Below are positions 49,196 to 60,103 of a DNA stretch of 64,000 nucleotides, piece by piece. Source of the DNA: Planctomycetota bacterium (lineage in GTDB: Bacteria > Planctomycetota > SZUA-567 > H5-PLA8); contig JBBRQD010000006.1 of assembly GCA_038227045.1 (NCBI GenBank), positions 34,754 to 98,753 on the forward strand, given 5' to 3'. Position numbers and translations under genes: made by a program. The notes under the pieces are model-generated. The model worked only from the letters and a program-made list of their open reading frames with translations, was not told where the DNA came from and ran no database searches. Within the stretch, counting starts at the first letter, position 1. Each line of letters opens with the position of its first letter.

Positions 49196-49212
49196 ATTCG
49201 GAGACCGATCCA

Positions 49213-50706
49213 GTGACCTGCAACAATTGCGGCAACGTTGTGAAATTGCGCAGCGAGTTCTGTCCGATTTGCGGGCAGCGCATGGTTCACAGCATGGACG
49301 ACATCATCGCGTCCTCTCATGACGACGCTGCGCGGCGGCACGGCGATGCGCTGATTGGCAAGTTTCGCGCGGGCATCGCCGCCTTGCTGATTCTCTTTTC
49401 GGTTGTGCTGGGAGTCATTCTTCTCTATGACAAGAAGCTGACGTTCGACGGCTCGGCATTGCCGGCGTTTCAAGCCAATGCGCCGATTGCATCGGGCGTT
49501 CCGGGGGAATCGTTGGAAAAACCGTATGTCGACCCGCGTCCGCTTCCGCCGCTTCCGACGCCGGTGGTGCGTGTAATGGGGCATCGCCTGGATCCGGTGC
49601 GGGCCGTGCTGCGCGGGACCAATGGAGGCGGAGCGCGCGAATTCGATGCAGCCATCAAAGGCGGTTTGCAGTTTTTGAACAAGTGGCAGGAAAAGGACGG
49701 CGGCTGGCCCGTGTCGATTATTCCGGGACAATTGCCGCAGGGCGAAACGGCGGATTTCAAGTGGGGAAGGGTAGGTGTGTCGAGTCTGGTATTGCTGGCG
49801 TTTTTGGGAGACGGGCATACATGGATTAGCGAGGCCAACGGCACGCGCGACACCTACGCCGAAACGGTGCGGCGCGGAATTGCCTTTCTGCTATCCGCTC
49901 AGGATCCCGTCACGGGCCGCTTTGGGGCCATCAAGCGTGAGTTCATGTACAATCATTCCATGGCCACGCTCGCGCTGGTGGAGGCGGCCGCATTGACCGG
50001 CGATGTGGAATTGAAAACGCGCGCGACCAAGGCGGTGGAGTTTCTGATCCAGGTTCAGACAACGCAGGGAGGCTGGGAATATTACGGCCGCACGGAATCG
50101 GATCTGGCGGATATTTCATCGAGCGCATGGCCCGTGCAGGCGCTGGCCGCGGCGCGCGAAGCGCAGATCGCCGTGCCTGACGAAGCTTTTTCGCGCGTGC
50201 TGCAATTCTATCGAAAATCGACGCAGCGCGATCGCGCGATTTATCGCCTGACCAAAGACGACGGAGTGTACCTGCCCAGCCGTTCCGGAATGGTGCTGAT
50301 GTCCCGGCTGCTCTGCGGCGAAAGCACCACCGAACCCGATATCGCCGCATTGAGCACGAAACTTCTCGGTTTTGTGCCGAAGGTCAAGCCGGATTGGGGA
50401 CGAAGCTGGAATCCGAAGGCCAAAGATGCCGCCGACCGCGCCGCATTCAATCCGTACATGCTTTATTTCTGCACGTACGGAATGTTCTTCGCTGGTGGCA
50501 AGGAATGGACGGAGTGGAACGATAAAACGTCGCGGGCGATCTTCGACATGCAGGACAACGATGGCGCCTGGCGAGCGAACGACGTATTTTCAGGCCAGGG
50601 CGGTACGTGTTATTCGACGGCGATGTGCGTGCTCTCGCTGCAGGTCCATCATCGCATCGTTCATTCGGTGGCGTCGAAAAGCACGCCGAGGTCGAAGGAC
50701 GAATGA
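49213..50706 (+). CDS. zinc-ribbon plus TM plus prenyltransferase/squalene-oxidase-repeat (alpha/alpha-toroid) protein
   Basis: CNNCG...CPICG zinc ribbon; TM; QGGWEYYG, DNDGAWR and GGTCYSTAMCVLSL are SQHop-cyclase-type repeats; start tentatively at the GTG at 49213. Confidence 0.65.
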   Translation: MTCNNCGNVVKLRSEFCPICGQRMVHSMDDIIASSHDDAARRHGDALIGKFRAGIAALLILFSVVLGVILLYDKKLTFDGSALPAFQANAPIASGVPGESLEKPYVDPRPLPPLPTPVVRVMGHRLDPVRAVLRGTNGGGAREFDAAIKGGLQFLNKWQEKDGGWPVSIIPGQLPQGETADFKWGRVGVSSLVLLAFLGDGHTWISEANGTRDTYAETVRRGIAFLLSAQDPVTGRFGAIKREFMYNHSMATLALVEAAALTGDVELKTRATKAVEFLIQVQTTQGGWEYYGRTESDLADISSSAWPVQALAAAREAQIAVPDEAFSRVLQFYRKSTQRDRAIYRLTKDDGVYLPSRSGMVLMSRLLCGESTTEPDIAALSTKLLGFVPKVKPDWGRSWNPKAKDAADRAAFNPYMLYFCTYGMFFAGGKEWTEWNDKTSRAIFDMQDNDGAWRANDVFSGQGGTCYSTAMCVLSLQVHHRIVHSVASKSTPRSKDE

Positions 50707-51233
50707 GCATGCGCATTCTAGCGCGTCTTTTTTTCTATCCCACGCTTCTTTGGAATCTGGCACTCAATCGCATCGATAAAAATCGCCGCTGGTGGGATTG
50801 GATTGACGACACCGTGCTGCTCGGCGCGCTGCCCTTTGGCAGCCACGTGGCGGAACTAAAAGCACTGGGAATCGGCGCGGTCGTCAACACCTGCGACGAG
50901 TACGCCGGTCCCACAATAAAGTACGCGGAAGCGGGCATTGAACAATGCTACATTCCGACGGTGGATTTCACGCCGCCCGCGCTGGAAGACATCGAAAAAA
51001 GCGTGCGCTTTATTCAAATGCACGCGGCAGCCGGAAGAAAAGTATTCATTCACTGCAAAGCCGGCCGGGGCCGCAGCGTGACGGTCGCCGCGTGCTATTT
51101 AATCGCAAAGGGCTATACGCCGGAAGCCGCCCAAAAACTGCTGATTGACAAGCGCCCGCACGTCAATCCGCTGGTTTACAAAAGAGCAGTTGTGCAAGAA
51201 TTCGCGGAGAAACAGCTGCGAAGAGTGAATTAA
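50703..51233 (+). CDS. dual-specificity protein phosphatase (CX5R)
   Basis: HCKAGRGRS active-site motif; ATGA overlap with the upstream gene. Confidence 0.8.
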   Translation: MSMRILARLFFYPTLLWNLALNRIDKNRRWWDWIDDTVLLGALPFGSHVAELKALGIGAVVNTCDEYAGPTIKYAEAGIEQCYIPTVDFTPPALEDIEKSVRFIQMHAAAGRKVFIHCKAGRGRSVTVAACYLIAKGYTPEAAQKLLIDKRPHVNPLVYKRAVVQEFAEKQLRRVN

Positions 51234-52051
51234 TCTTCCGGCGCAAAAGCTGAAAGATACGTCGCCAGAAACTCGTCCTGTCCCAGCAACGCTTGCGCCG
51301 CGCATATCGTCTCGTGTAACGCGGGGCGGCACGGATCGCAGATCACCGAATCGATTCCGGTGGCCAGCAACATCGCCAGATAAACGTGGTTCAGCAGTCC
51401 GCGGCGCGGCATGTTGAATGACACGTTCGATAGTCCGGCAATCAGGTGCGACGCGGGCCAGCGGCGGCGCAGTTCGCGCACAGATTCCAGCACCGCGCGC
51501 GGAAGCTGCGGGTCGAACGCCAGAGGCAAAACCTGCGGGTCGAGAAACTGGCGCTCTTCGGGAATGCCGGCTTGAAGCATCCATTTCCGCAATACTTCGG
51601 CGCGTTTCACGCGGTCCGGAGTCAGTCCGGTGACGCCTTCGCTGTCGGCGAGAACGACGATCGCGCCGGCCTTGTGCCGCGCGGCCAATTCGAGCGCGAT
51701 TGCAATTTTGTCGTTGTCGGGAGAGTTCAAATTGACAATCGTCCCCGGCCGGCCCGCCAATCGTTCCAACGCCGCCGCCTGGCATATCGAATGCGCCGAA
51801 TCGATGACGATGCCCGTCTGGGCCGGCATTTCGGGCAGCACGGTGTCGAGAATCCAGAGCATGTCGCCGGTTTCGCGCGCGTTGTCGCCGGACGCGTTGA
51901 TATCGAGATGCGTCGCTCCCGACGTGATCTGCCGCCGCGCTTCGCGTTTCACAACCGCGGCGTTGCGGCCCGAAACCGCTTCCCGAAAACGCTCGCGATG
52001 CGTATTGAGCCGTTCGCCAATCAAGACAAAGGATGGAGAGAACTCGGACAT
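51230..52051 (-). CDS. pterin-binding domain protein (DHPS-like / methyltetrahydrofolate:corrinoid methyltransferase family)
   Basis: VLIGERLN N-terminus and overall pterin-binding TIM-barrel pattern. Confidence 0.55.
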   Translation of the reverse strand: MSEFSPSFVLIGERLNTHRERFREAVSGRNAAVVKREARRQITSGATHLDINASGDNARETGDMLWILDTVLPEMPAQTGIVIDSAHSICQAAALERLAGRPGTIVNLNSPDNDKIAIALELAARHKAGAIVVLADSEGVTGLTPDRVKRAEVLRKWMLQAGIPEERQFLDPQVLPLAFDPQLPRAVLESVRELRRRWPASHLIAGLSNVSFNMPRRGLLNHVYLAMLLATGIDSVICDPCRPALHETICAAQALLGQDEFLATYLSAFAPED

Positions 52052-52160
52052 GGCCGCAGCTCCGTCGGGATGAATGTAGCGTTGAAAAAATGTTCAGATT
52101 AAAGGCGCTGCAATACTCGACTCCAGCGATCCTATATCAAAACACCCGAATCTCTAGCTT

Positions 52161-52955
52161 CTAAATAACCCCCAACTCCGATTCATGCAGCACCTTGCCC
52201 CATTTCAAGCGCTGCGCCCGCATGTCGATATTAATCAGCCGCACGTGCGAACCATTTCGGGCGAATCCGTATGCCCGCGTGTTCTTGATCCAGCCGCCCA
52301 GATTGAACAGCGTCATGCCCTTGTAACGCCGCACGCCGGGGCGGTGCGAATGGCCCAGCACGACGCCGCGCACGCCGCCCTCCGGGGAAATTTCGTCGGC
52401 GAGCGCTTTGATCCGCCGCACGACCGGCAGCGGCCATTTGAACGGAAGCATCATCGCCATGGGAATCTTCCCGTACATGCGGTCGATGATTTTCCAGACA
52501 AGATGCTTGGTGCGCGAGTCTTGGCGGTGCGGGCCGTACTTTTTTTCGTTCATCGCCCGAATACGCGTCGCGGGGCAGCCATCGCCCTTGAGCTTGTTGT
52601 ACACGGCGTGCCCGTGAAGATAGAGGATACCGTCAATGAGCGCGAACTCCTCGCCGTCGTCGGTGCAGGCGTCGTGATTGCCGCGGAAATAAACGACGTC
52701 CCTCACGCCTGCCGCCTTGCAGACTTTGCGGATGCGGTGCTCGTAGTCACGGGCCTGTTCGGCGCTCGTGTACCAGTGATCGACGATGTCGCCCAGCAGC
52801 AGCACGCGCTCGAACCCTTCGACCAGCGGCGCGAGGACTTCAGGCGAACGCGCGTGTGTGATGACGCGTCCCATATGCAGATCGGAGAGCGCCAGCGTGC
52901 TGGAGTACGCGCCCGCCCCAATCCCTGTCTTCTTGGTTGGCTTCGAAGTGCTCAT
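52161..52955 (-). CDS. calcineurin-like metallophosphoesterase
   Basis: LSDLHMG, GDIVD, GNHD and GHSH motifs. Confidence 0.75.
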   Translation of the reverse strand: MSTSKPTKKTGIGAGAYSSTLALSDLHMGRVITHARSPEVLAPLVEGFERVLLLGDIVDHWYTSAEQARDYEHRIRKVCKAAGVRDVVYFRGNHDACTDDGEEFALIDGILYLHGHAVYNKLKGDGCPATRIRAMNEKKYGPHRQDSRTKHLVWKIIDRMYGKIPMAMMLPFKWPLPVVRRIKALADEISPEGGVRGVVLGHSHRPGVRRYKGMTLFNLGGWIKNTRAYGFARNGSHVRLINIDMRAQRLKWGKVLHESELGVI

Positions 52956-52979
52956 GCGGCCCCGTTCCGCTTGCCCGCT

Positions 52980-53741
52980 TCACCGTCTGAAATTCCACTC
53001 ATCGCGGCCATACTTTTCTGCAAGCAAAACGCATGCGCGCTCGTTTTCAGCGTCGCTCGGTTTGGCCGAAAGAATCGTATCCTCTGGAAGGAACTTCGCC
53101 AACTCACGCGTGAAAGTTTCAAGATCGTGCGGCGCACCGCATTCGCTCAAACTCGTGAGGAACTCGCGGTGGCCGCGGCCGGCGCGGTAATCGGGAATCG
53201 ACGACGGAAAACGCAGTAGCCGCTCGATGCGGCCCCAATCCGGATCGGCCAGCAGTGTGCCGTGGACTACGACGCTGTGCCGCTTGCGCGCCTGTGAATT
53301 GCCCGCGATCTTGCGCAGCGTTCCGTCGGCACACAACACGGCGAGGTCCGAGAGGCCCGCTTCTTTGATACGCAGTCCCCAGCACTCAAGCAGCCGAACC
53401 AGCGGCGCAAGCGCCGCATACATCGCGCCGCGAATCGTCTCCGATCCAGGCAAATCCGCGAAGCGATAAAACGCCGAAAAGTTGATCGCGCCCGGTCCAA
53501 TTACCACAGTGCCGCCGCCGGAATGTCGTCGTAGCACGGGAACTTTTTCGGCGCGCGCGGCGTCGAGATTCGCCTCGCGCGTGGACTCCTGGCCCGTGCC
53601 GAGAATGACGGCGGGAACTGAGGGTTGCCAAATCCGCCACGTATTTGGACTCGTATTTTCTTCGATGCAGAGATGAATGGCTTCTTCGAGCGCGAGGTCT
53701 TCGGCGGGGGAGGGTGCGGTAAAGTTTAAGAGACGATGCAT
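52980..53741 (-). CDS. lipoate-protein ligase / octanoyltransferase family (BPL/LPL catalytic domain)
   Basis: RRHSGGGTVVIGPG and the ...KIAGNSQ... lysine motif; last gene of the gcv operon. Confidence 0.7.
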   Translation of the reverse strand: MHRLLNFTAPSPAEDLALEEAIHLCIEENTSPNTWRIWQPSVPAVILGTGQESTREANLDAARAEKVPVLRRHSGGGTVVIGPGAINFSAFYRFADLPGSETIRGAMYAALAPLVRLLECWGLRIKEAGLSDLAVLCADGTLRKIAGNSQARKRHSVVVHGTLLADPDWGRIERLLRFPSSIPDYRAGRGHREFLTSLSECGAPHDLETFTRELAKFLPEDTILSAKPSDAENERACVLLAEKYGRDEWNFRR

Positions 53742-53750
53742 GTGTCCGTT

Positions 53751-55205
53751 TCAATCGCACCCGCAGAACCGCAGATCCAAATCCTTCGCCGCTTTCGTCT
53801 CATCGACTTTGCCTACGACCGTCGTATGCGGCGCGCCGATGACCAGTTCCGGCGTTTCGAGCGCTTCTTTGGCGATCGCTTCCATTGCCTCGCAGAATTT
53901 GTCGAGCGTCGCTTTGCTTTCCGTTTCAGTCGGCTCGATCATCATCGCTTCTTTGACGACGAGCGGAAAATAAATTGTCGGCGGGTGGAAGCCGTAATCG
54001 ATGAGCCGCTTGGCGATGTGCAGCGTGCGCACGCCTTTTTTGAGCATCTCGTCGGTCGGCTGGATAATGAATTCGTGCATGCACGGCGACGCCATCGGGC
54101 GACGGTATGTTTTCGACAGGCGCTGAAAGACGTAGGCCGCGTTGAGCACCGCGTTTTTGCCGATCTCCGGCAATCCGTCGCTGCCGTGATGGCGCATGTA
54201 CGTGTACGCGCGCACGAGCACGTTCGCGTTGCCGTGGAATGTCGAGACGCGCCCGATGCTCGCCGGCTTGTCGTACGCGAGTTCGAATTGCGCGCCGCTT
54301 TTCTTCACGTACGGCACCGGCAAAAATTGACGCAGGCGTTCTTTCACGCCCACCGGACCCGCGCCGGGGCCGCCGCCGCCGTGCGGTGTGGAAAATGTTT
54401 TGTGCAAATTCAAATGAACCACGTCGAAGCCCATATCGCCCGGCCGCGCAACGCCGAGAATCGCGTTCAAATTCGCGCCGTCGTAATACAGCAGCCCGCC
54501 GACGTCGTGGACCTTCTTTTGAATGACGCGAATCTGCGATTCGAAAAGCCCAAGCGTGTTAGGATTGGTGAGCATCAGCGCAGCGACGGTGTCGTCGAGC
54601 GCCGCATCCAAACCGGCGAGATCGACTTCGCCCGCGTCGGTTCCCGGAATCGAAACCACCTCGTATCCGCAGAGCGCCGCGCTGGCGGGATTGGTTCCGT
54701 GCGCCGCGGTCGGGACAAGCACTTTGGTGCGCTTCGTGTCGCCGCGCGATGTGTGATACGCCTTGATCAGCATGATGCCGGTCAATTCGCCGTGCGCGCC
54801 GGCCAGCGAATTGAGAGTGACTTCGTCCATGCCGGTGATTTCGCTCAAGCCCCGCTCGAGTTCGTAGAATACTTCGAGCGTGCCCTGTGCGGTGTCCACA
54901 GGCTGCAACGGATGCATCATCGCAAAACCAGGATCGCGCGCGACAGCTTCGTTGATCTTCGGGTTGTATTTCATCGTGCACGACCCGAGCGGATAAAACG
55001 TGCTGTCGATGCCAACTTGGCGGCGGCTGAGCGCAAGAATATGCCGCACGAATTCAAGTTCGCTGACCTCCGGAAGACCGGACGAACTCTTTCGCAGCAG
55101 CCCCGGCGGTAGAATCTGCTCGGGCGTCTTGATACCGGCCGGTGTTTCCGCTGGATAATAGTTTCCGGTGCGGCCTTTGTGCGATTTTTCGAAGATCAAT
55201 TCCAC
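53751..55205 (-). CDS. gcvPB: glycine dehydrogenase (decarboxylating) subunit 2
   Basis: 484 aa; PLP-lysine region [16 protein letters not shown] characteristic of GcvPB. Confidence 0.9.
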   Translation of the reverse strand: MELIFEKSHKGRTGNYYPAETPAGIKTPEQILPPGLLRKSSSGLPEVSELEFVRHILALSRRQVGIDSTFYPLGSCTMKYNPKINEAVARDPGFAMMHPLQPVDTAQGTLEVFYELERGLSEITGMDEVTLNSLAGAHGELTGIMLIKAYHTSRGDTKRTKVLVPTAAHGTNPASAALCGYEVVSIPGTDAGEVDLAGLDAALDDTVAALMLTNPNTLGLFESQIRVIQKKVHDVGGLLYYDGANLNAILGVARPGDMGFDVVHLNLHKTFSTPHGGGGPGAGPVGVKERLRQFLPVPYVKKSGAQFELAYDKPASIGRVSTFHGNANVLVRAYTYMRHHGSDGLPEIGKNAVLNAAYVFQRLSKTYRRPMASPCMHEFIIQPTDEMLKKGVRTLHIAKRLIDYGFHPPTIYFPLVVKEAMMIEPTETESKATLDKFCEAMEAIAKEALETPELVIGAPHTTVVGKVDETKAAKDLDLRFCGCD

Positions 55206-55269
55206 TGATTAAGATTCCTGGTTTCGAGTTTCAGATTCCAAATTTTTAGATCGGGTTACTCTGTAAAGT

Positions 55270-56613
55270 TCAGCCGACCGAACCGACCGCCTTCACATAA
55301 GCCTCAATCTCCTCGACGCTCCGTTTCTCGGTCACCGCCGCGAGAATCTGGTGCGAGCGCGCTGGGTCGTACTGGCCCAGATCCAGCCCGCCGAGGATGC
55401 CTTGTTTCAACATGCCGCTCAGAATTTCTTTCGCGGGCTTTTCGGTTTCGTAGACAAATTCGTTGAATGCCGCGTACTCCGGCACGCTCTTGACGCCCTT
55501 CGCGCCGCGTAATTTTTCGCGCAGCAACTGCGTCATTCCCGCGCTCAGTTCGCCGGCGCGGCGCAGGCCGCTTGGGCCGACGCAGCAGAGATAAAAATGT
55601 GCCATCATCGCGCAGAGCGCTTCGTTCGTGCAGATGTTGCTTGTCGCTTTTTCGCGGCGAATGTGCTGCTCGCGCGCTTGCAGCGTGAGCGTAAACGCGC
55701 GCCGGCCTTGCACGTCCACCGTCTGGCCCACCAAGCGGCCCGGCATCTTGCGGACGAGTTCTTTTTTGCACGCGAGATAGCCCAGATACGGCCCGCCGAA
55801 TTGCATTGGCACGCCGAGCGCCTGCGCTTCGCCGCAGACGATGTCCGCGCCGAGTTCTCCCGCCGCTTCGATCAGTCCAAACGCAAACGGGTTGCTCGCT
55901 GCCACCAGCAGCGCGCCGTTTTGATGCACCGTTTCCGACAGCGGGCGCGTGTCGTCGACCGCGCCGTAGAAATTCGGATAGCCCACGACGACTGCTGCGA
56001 CGCCGTCTTTCGCCGCCTTCGCCAAACCGCTCAGATCGCTCTTGAATTCGCCGTGCTTTGGCGGAACGATCTGCACTTCGACATTTTGAACGCGCAACAA
56101 GGACTTGACCGTCTGGATATAATTCGGGTGAACCGTTCCATCGATCACAACCAGATTGCGCGCGGTATGGCGCAGCGCCATCTGGCAGCCTTCCACCAGC
56201 GCCGTCCCGCCATCGTACAGGCTGGCGTTCGACACATCGCAGCCGCAGAGCGTCGCCATCATGCTTTGATATTCGTAAATGATCTGCAAAATGCCCTGGC
56301 TGATTTCGGGCTGGTACGGCGTATAAGCGCTGTACAATTCGCCGCGCAGAATTAACTGATCGACGACCGGCGGAATGAAATGGTCGTACGCCCCAGCGCC
56401 GAGGAAGCAGGTGAGATTGTGCGCGGAGCGATTCTTGCGCGCGCGGCGGGCCATCTCGGCGCTTAGTTCCATTTCGCCCAAGCCCTTGGGCAGGTTGAGC
56501 GGCGCGGCGAGAACTTCAGCCGGCAAATGCGCGAACAATTCCTCGAGCGTTTTCACGCCCACGGCTTGCAGCATGGTGTCGCGTTCGGTCTTCGTGTGCG
56601 GGATATACGTCAT
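55270..56613 (-). CDS. gcvPA: glycine dehydrogenase (decarboxylating) subunit 1
   Basis: Colinear with GcvPA (ELYSAYTPYQPEISQG); start placed at MTYIPHT. Confidence 0.9.
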   Translation of the reverse strand: MTYIPHTKTERDTMLQAVGVKTLEELFAHLPAEVLAAPLNLPKGLGEMELSAEMARRARKNRSAHNLTCFLGAGAYDHFIPPVVDQLILRGELYSAYTPYQPEISQGILQIIYEYQSMMATLCGCDVSNASLYDGGTALVEGCQMALRHTARNLVVIDGTVHPNYIQTVKSLLRVQNVEVQIVPPKHGEFKSDLSGLAKAAKDGVAAVVVGYPNFYGAVDDTRPLSETVHQNGALLVAASNPFAFGLIEAAGELGADIVCGEAQALGVPMQFGGPYLGYLACKKELVRKMPGRLVGQTVDVQGRRAFTLTLQAREQHIRREKATSNICTNEALCAMMAHFYLCCVGPSGLRRAGELSAGMTQLLREKLRGAKGVKSVPEYAAFNEFVYETEKPAKEILSGMLKQGILGGLDLGQYDPARSHQILAAVTEKRSVEEIEAYVKAVGSVG

Positions 56614-56700
56614 TATCGATTCCGGAAAGTGGAAGGGGCGTCTCGCCCCTTTCAGTAATTTATACGCGCTCAAAGAGGGCCGGGACGGCCCTCCCACTTT

Positions 56701-57090
56701 CTACAGCGTTGCGAGGAATGCCGTGTACGCGGCGGCGTCGAGCAGTTGATCCAGTTCACCGGGCGCGCTCAATTCGATCTTGACCATCCAGCCCGCGCCG
56801 TAGCAATCGGTGTTGATCGTCTCCGGCGCTTTCGTCAGTTCGGCATTGACCGCTGCGATCTTTCCGCTCACCGGGCTGTAAATGTCGCTGGCCGCTTTCA
56901 CCGATTCGACGACGCCCACTGGTTTCATGAATTTCGCGTCCGCTCCCATTTTGGGAAGTTCGACGAAGACGATGTCGCCCAACGCGTGCTGCGCATGATC
57001 GGTGATGCCGATCGTCGCCACGTTGCCGTCAACCTTCACCCACTCGTGTTCCTTGGAATATTTCAAGCCTGCCGGGACATGTTCTGACAT
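56701..57090 (-). CDS. gcvH: glycine cleavage system H protein
   Basis: 129 aa; lipoyl-lysine motif ESVKAAS; HEWV N-terminus. Confidence 0.9.
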   Translation of the reverse strand: MSEHVPAGLKYSKEHEWVKVDGNVATIGITDHAQHALGDIVFVELPKMGADAKFMKPVGVVESVKAASDIYSPVSGKIAAVNAELTKAPETINTDCYGAGWMVKIELSAPGELDQLLDAAAYTAFLATL

Positions 57091-57153
57091 GTGTGATGCT
57101 CCGTTTTATCGAATGATTCCGCACTGTTTTAGACGCAAAAAAATTATCTACGC

Positions 57154-58242
57154 TCACTTCGCGGGCTTATAGAACGGCTTTTCGACGACCGTTGCGTCGA
57201 TGCGCGAGGTTCGGACTTCGGCCTGGACCGTCGCGCCGAGCGGCGCGCTGCCGGTTTTGACGAGCGCCAGCGCGATCGCGGAATTGACGCTCGGCCCGAA
57301 TGTGCCGCTGGTCACTTCTCCGATCTTTTCATCGCCCGCGTAAATCGGATGACCCGCGCGCGCCGGCAAGCGGCCCGCGAATTTCAGCGCCACCAGCGTC
57401 CGGGGAATTCCATTTTTCTCCTGCGCGCGCAACGCGGCCGCGCCGACAAATTCCTTATCCAGCGACAGCGCCCAGTTCAACCCGGCTTCGAGCGGCGTGA
57501 TTTCCTCCGACAATTCGTGGCCATACAGCGGCAGGCAGCATTCCAGACGCAGCGTGTCGCGCGCGCCCAGGCCGCAGGGCAGCACGCCGAACGGCTTGCC
57601 GGCTTCCATGAGCGCCGACCAGACTTTGACGGCCTCCGCCTTTGGAAAAAACAATTCGACGCCGTTCTTCTCGCCCGTGTAGCCGCTGCGCGACACAATC
57701 GCGTTCACGCCGGCGACCTCGGCGGAGATCATGCGAAAACGCTTGAGTTTTGAAATCGGTGCCGAGCATAATTTGGCGAGAATGTCGAACGTCTTCGGGC
57801 CTTGCAGATCGAGCTTGTGGGTCTCGGGAGTCAAATCGCGAAGCGTGGCGTTTTTCAGGTGCGACTTGAGCGCTTCGATGTCCGAGAGTCGCGTGCCGGC
57901 GTTGGTGACGATGTAATAGTCGTTGTCGGCTTGCTTGAACACGATCAGGTCGTCGAGCACCGTGCCGCGTTCGTTGCAGAGAAGAGTGTAACGCCCCTGT
58001 CCATTCTCCATGCCCGTGAGATCGCGGCTCACCGCGGCTTGCAGGCTCTCGAGCGCGCCCGGTCCTTCCACACGCACTTCGCCCATGTGGCCGGTGTCGA
58101 AGAGTCCCGCGTTTTGACGCGTGGCGTGGTGTTCCTGAAGGATGTGCGTCGGGTAATCGACGGGCATGTCCCAACCGCCAAAGTCGATGACTTTTGCGCC
58201 GAGCGCGAGATGCGTTTCATACAATGCGGTGCGGTTGGCCAA
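57154..58242 (-). CDS. gcvT: glycine cleavage system aminomethyltransferase T
   Basis: 362 aa; LFDTGHMGE.RV.G motif. Confidence 0.9.
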   Translation of the reverse strand: MANRTALYETHLALGAKVIDFGGWDMPVDYPTHILQEHHATRQNAGLFDTGHMGEVRVEGPGALESLQAAVSRDLTGMENGQGRYTLLCNERGTVLDDLIVFKQADNDYYIVTNAGTRLSDIEALKSHLKNATLRDLTPETHKLDLQGPKTFDILAKLCSAPISKLKRFRMISAEVAGVNAIVSRSGYTGEKNGVELFFPKAEAVKVWSALMEAGKPFGVLPCGLGARDTLRLECCLPLYGHELSEEITPLEAGLNWALSLDKEFVGAAALRAQEKNGIPRTLVALKFAGRLPARAGHPIYAGDEKIGEVTSGTFGPSVNSAIALALVKTGSAPLGATVQAEVRTSRIDATVVEKPFYKPAK

Positions 58243-58340
58243 GACGCGATGCCCCCTTTTTGATTCAATCGATTAATTGAATTCGAACAGAAATCATAAA
58301 GAAAATGTGAACGGGAAAAAGCGAAAATCGGCGGGAAACT

Positions 58341-60002
58341 TCATTTCTGCTTGGACGGCATGGCGGCCAGTTCCCTGAGATCGCTGGCGGCTTTCGCGGC
58401 GATGTCGGGGCGCGGGGATTTGGCCAGCAGTTTCAGGACTTCTCGGGCTTCGTCGAATTGGTTGAGCTTTCGCAGCGCGTCGACCTGGCGCTGGCTGCGC
58501 AATTCCTTGGTCGTCGGTTCCTGCGTTTCGATCACCGAATCCCGGTACATCGGCGCGCATTCCTCGAATCTTCCCTGGAGGAAGAGAACGTTGCCCAGTT
58601 CGAATTTGCAGAGCGCGCTCATTTCGGTGCGCTTCGCCGAATTGGCCAGCGCCCGGCGCAGCAACGCTTCGGCCTGGGCCAGAAGGTCGGCGCGTTCCGG
58701 ATCGGCAAAGGTCGCGGCGCTTCCGTAGATCGCGTTGGCGGCCTGCCGGGCCAGCGCGGGATTGTTGCCGTAAATGGACGCGGCGAATTCCTTGCTGGCG
58801 GCGAGCGCCTTGGGAATGTTCTTGGTCGAGTGAATGTGCAGCGTGATCAGGCCGATGTACGCCTGCGCGACCGTCTCCATTCCTTTGGCGCTTTCGATGT
58901 GCCGCTGGTACATCTGTTCGGCTTCGTCGAATTTTTTCTCTTCGACGAAGTTGCGGGCCTGTTCGTAGACGAAACGCCAATCCCCGGTGTTTTGCGTGGC
59001 CACCGCGCTTTGCGCCTCCGCGATGAGCCTGACAAATTCCTTCATTTCCTTTTGTGGCAGATTTCGTCCCATGTGCGCGGATTTTTTTCGAATTTCATCG
59101 TTGTGGCGTTCGATGTCGTGGGCGCGCAACTGTTGTTCGAGGCTGCGCTCCTCGGGCGTGACGGCCGCGTCGAACGTCAGCGGTTTCGCATAGACGTGAA
59201 TGCCGCGCACGTAAAATTGAGCGGACTCTTTGATCTTGTTGTTCGCAAACAGATAATGACCCATGTCCGTGTAATTGGCGACGCGCTGGGGTTCCTTGTC
59301 GATGGCGTTTTGCAGCATCGTTAAAATCAGGTCTTCCAGGGCGAAATCCCTGAACTCCTGCGCCTTGCCGGGGTCGATCGAAATGCGTTGCGTGAAGGCT
59401 TTGAAATTGGTCTTGCGAATGAGCAGTTCGTGCGAGCCGGACGGCACGCTGTTCAAATCCAGCGGCGTGTGGCCGACGAGTTCGCCGTCGAGCAGGACTT
59501 CCGCGCCCACGGGGTCGACGGTGACTTTCAGCGCGCCGATGCCGCGCGCGGGCAGCGTCTCGTTGAGACGCGTCGTGCCCCAGCCGAGATTGATGGAAAG
59601 CGACAGCGGCGCGAAGTCTTCCTTTTCGAGCCGCAAGCTATAGGGACCGCCTGGCAAATCGGGGACTCGCACCGGCGTTTTTCCCACCAGACGGCCGTTC
59701 AGAAAAACGGTCGCTCCGGGCGGCAGCGTCTCAATGGCAAGTTCGCAATACCGCGTTTGGCGCATTGCGAACACGATGGCGCATGCAACGGCCAATACGA
59801 GCGAGACTCCGATTGCCAATTTCGCCCAAACGCCAACGCCCGCGGCGCGAATGGCCGGCGATTTTTGCGCTGTTTGCACGGGGGCTTCAACGACCGCGGG
59901 TTCAGCCAGAAGCGCCGGAGCCGCCAGAAAATCGGGACTCGCCGCTGGTGTGTCGAACGCCGCGGGCGGGTCGTGACTTACGGATGGATCGGACGATTCC
60001 AT
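58341..60002 (-). CDS. PEGA-domain (x2) plus TPR-like membrane protein
   Basis: GATVFLNGRLVGKTP and AEVLLDGELVGHTP are PEGA signatures; single TM; helical repeat C-terminus. Confidence 0.7.
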   Translation of the reverse strand: MESSDPSVSHDPPAAFDTPAASPDFLAAPALLAEPAVVEAPVQTAQKSPAIRAAGVGVWAKLAIGVSLVLAVACAIVFAMRQTRYCELAIETLPPGATVFLNGRLVGKTPVRVPDLPGGPYSLRLEKEDFAPLSLSINLGWGTTRLNETLPARGIGALKVTVDPVGAEVLLDGELVGHTPLDLNSVPSGSHELLIRKTNFKAFTQRISIDPGKAQEFRDFALEDLILTMLQNAIDKEPQRVANYTDMGHYLFANNKIKESAQFYVRGIHVYAKPLTFDAAVTPEERSLEQQLRAHDIERHNDEIRKKSAHMGRNLPQKEMKEFVRLIAEAQSAVATQNTGDWRFVYEQARNFVEEKKFDEAEQMYQRHIESAKGMETVAQAYIGLITLHIHSTKNIPKALAASKEFAASIYGNNPALARQAANAIYGSAATFADPERADLLAQAEALLRRALANSAKRTEMSALCKFELGNVLFLQGRFEECAPMYRDSVIETQEPTTKELRSQRQVDALRKLNQFDEAREVLKLLAKSPRPDIAAKAASDLRELAAMPSKQK

Positions 60003-60103
60003 TAATAATGGCTTTCCAAAATCTCACTTACCTTAAGGGTGCATGTCGCTGAATACACGGAAAGTTGGGTTGGGCAACCCGCGAATTCCTTCGGTACGCC
60101 GCG

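Noticed and set aside
49123-49212. N-terminal MKDEIRLSAKPFSFSSFILHHSSF as a genuine leader peptide shared by several proteins
   Set aside because: The shared peptide is encoded by the family-2 palindromic DNA repeat, which is also present where no ORF follows. The conservation is at DNA level, so these are ORF-calling artefacts.
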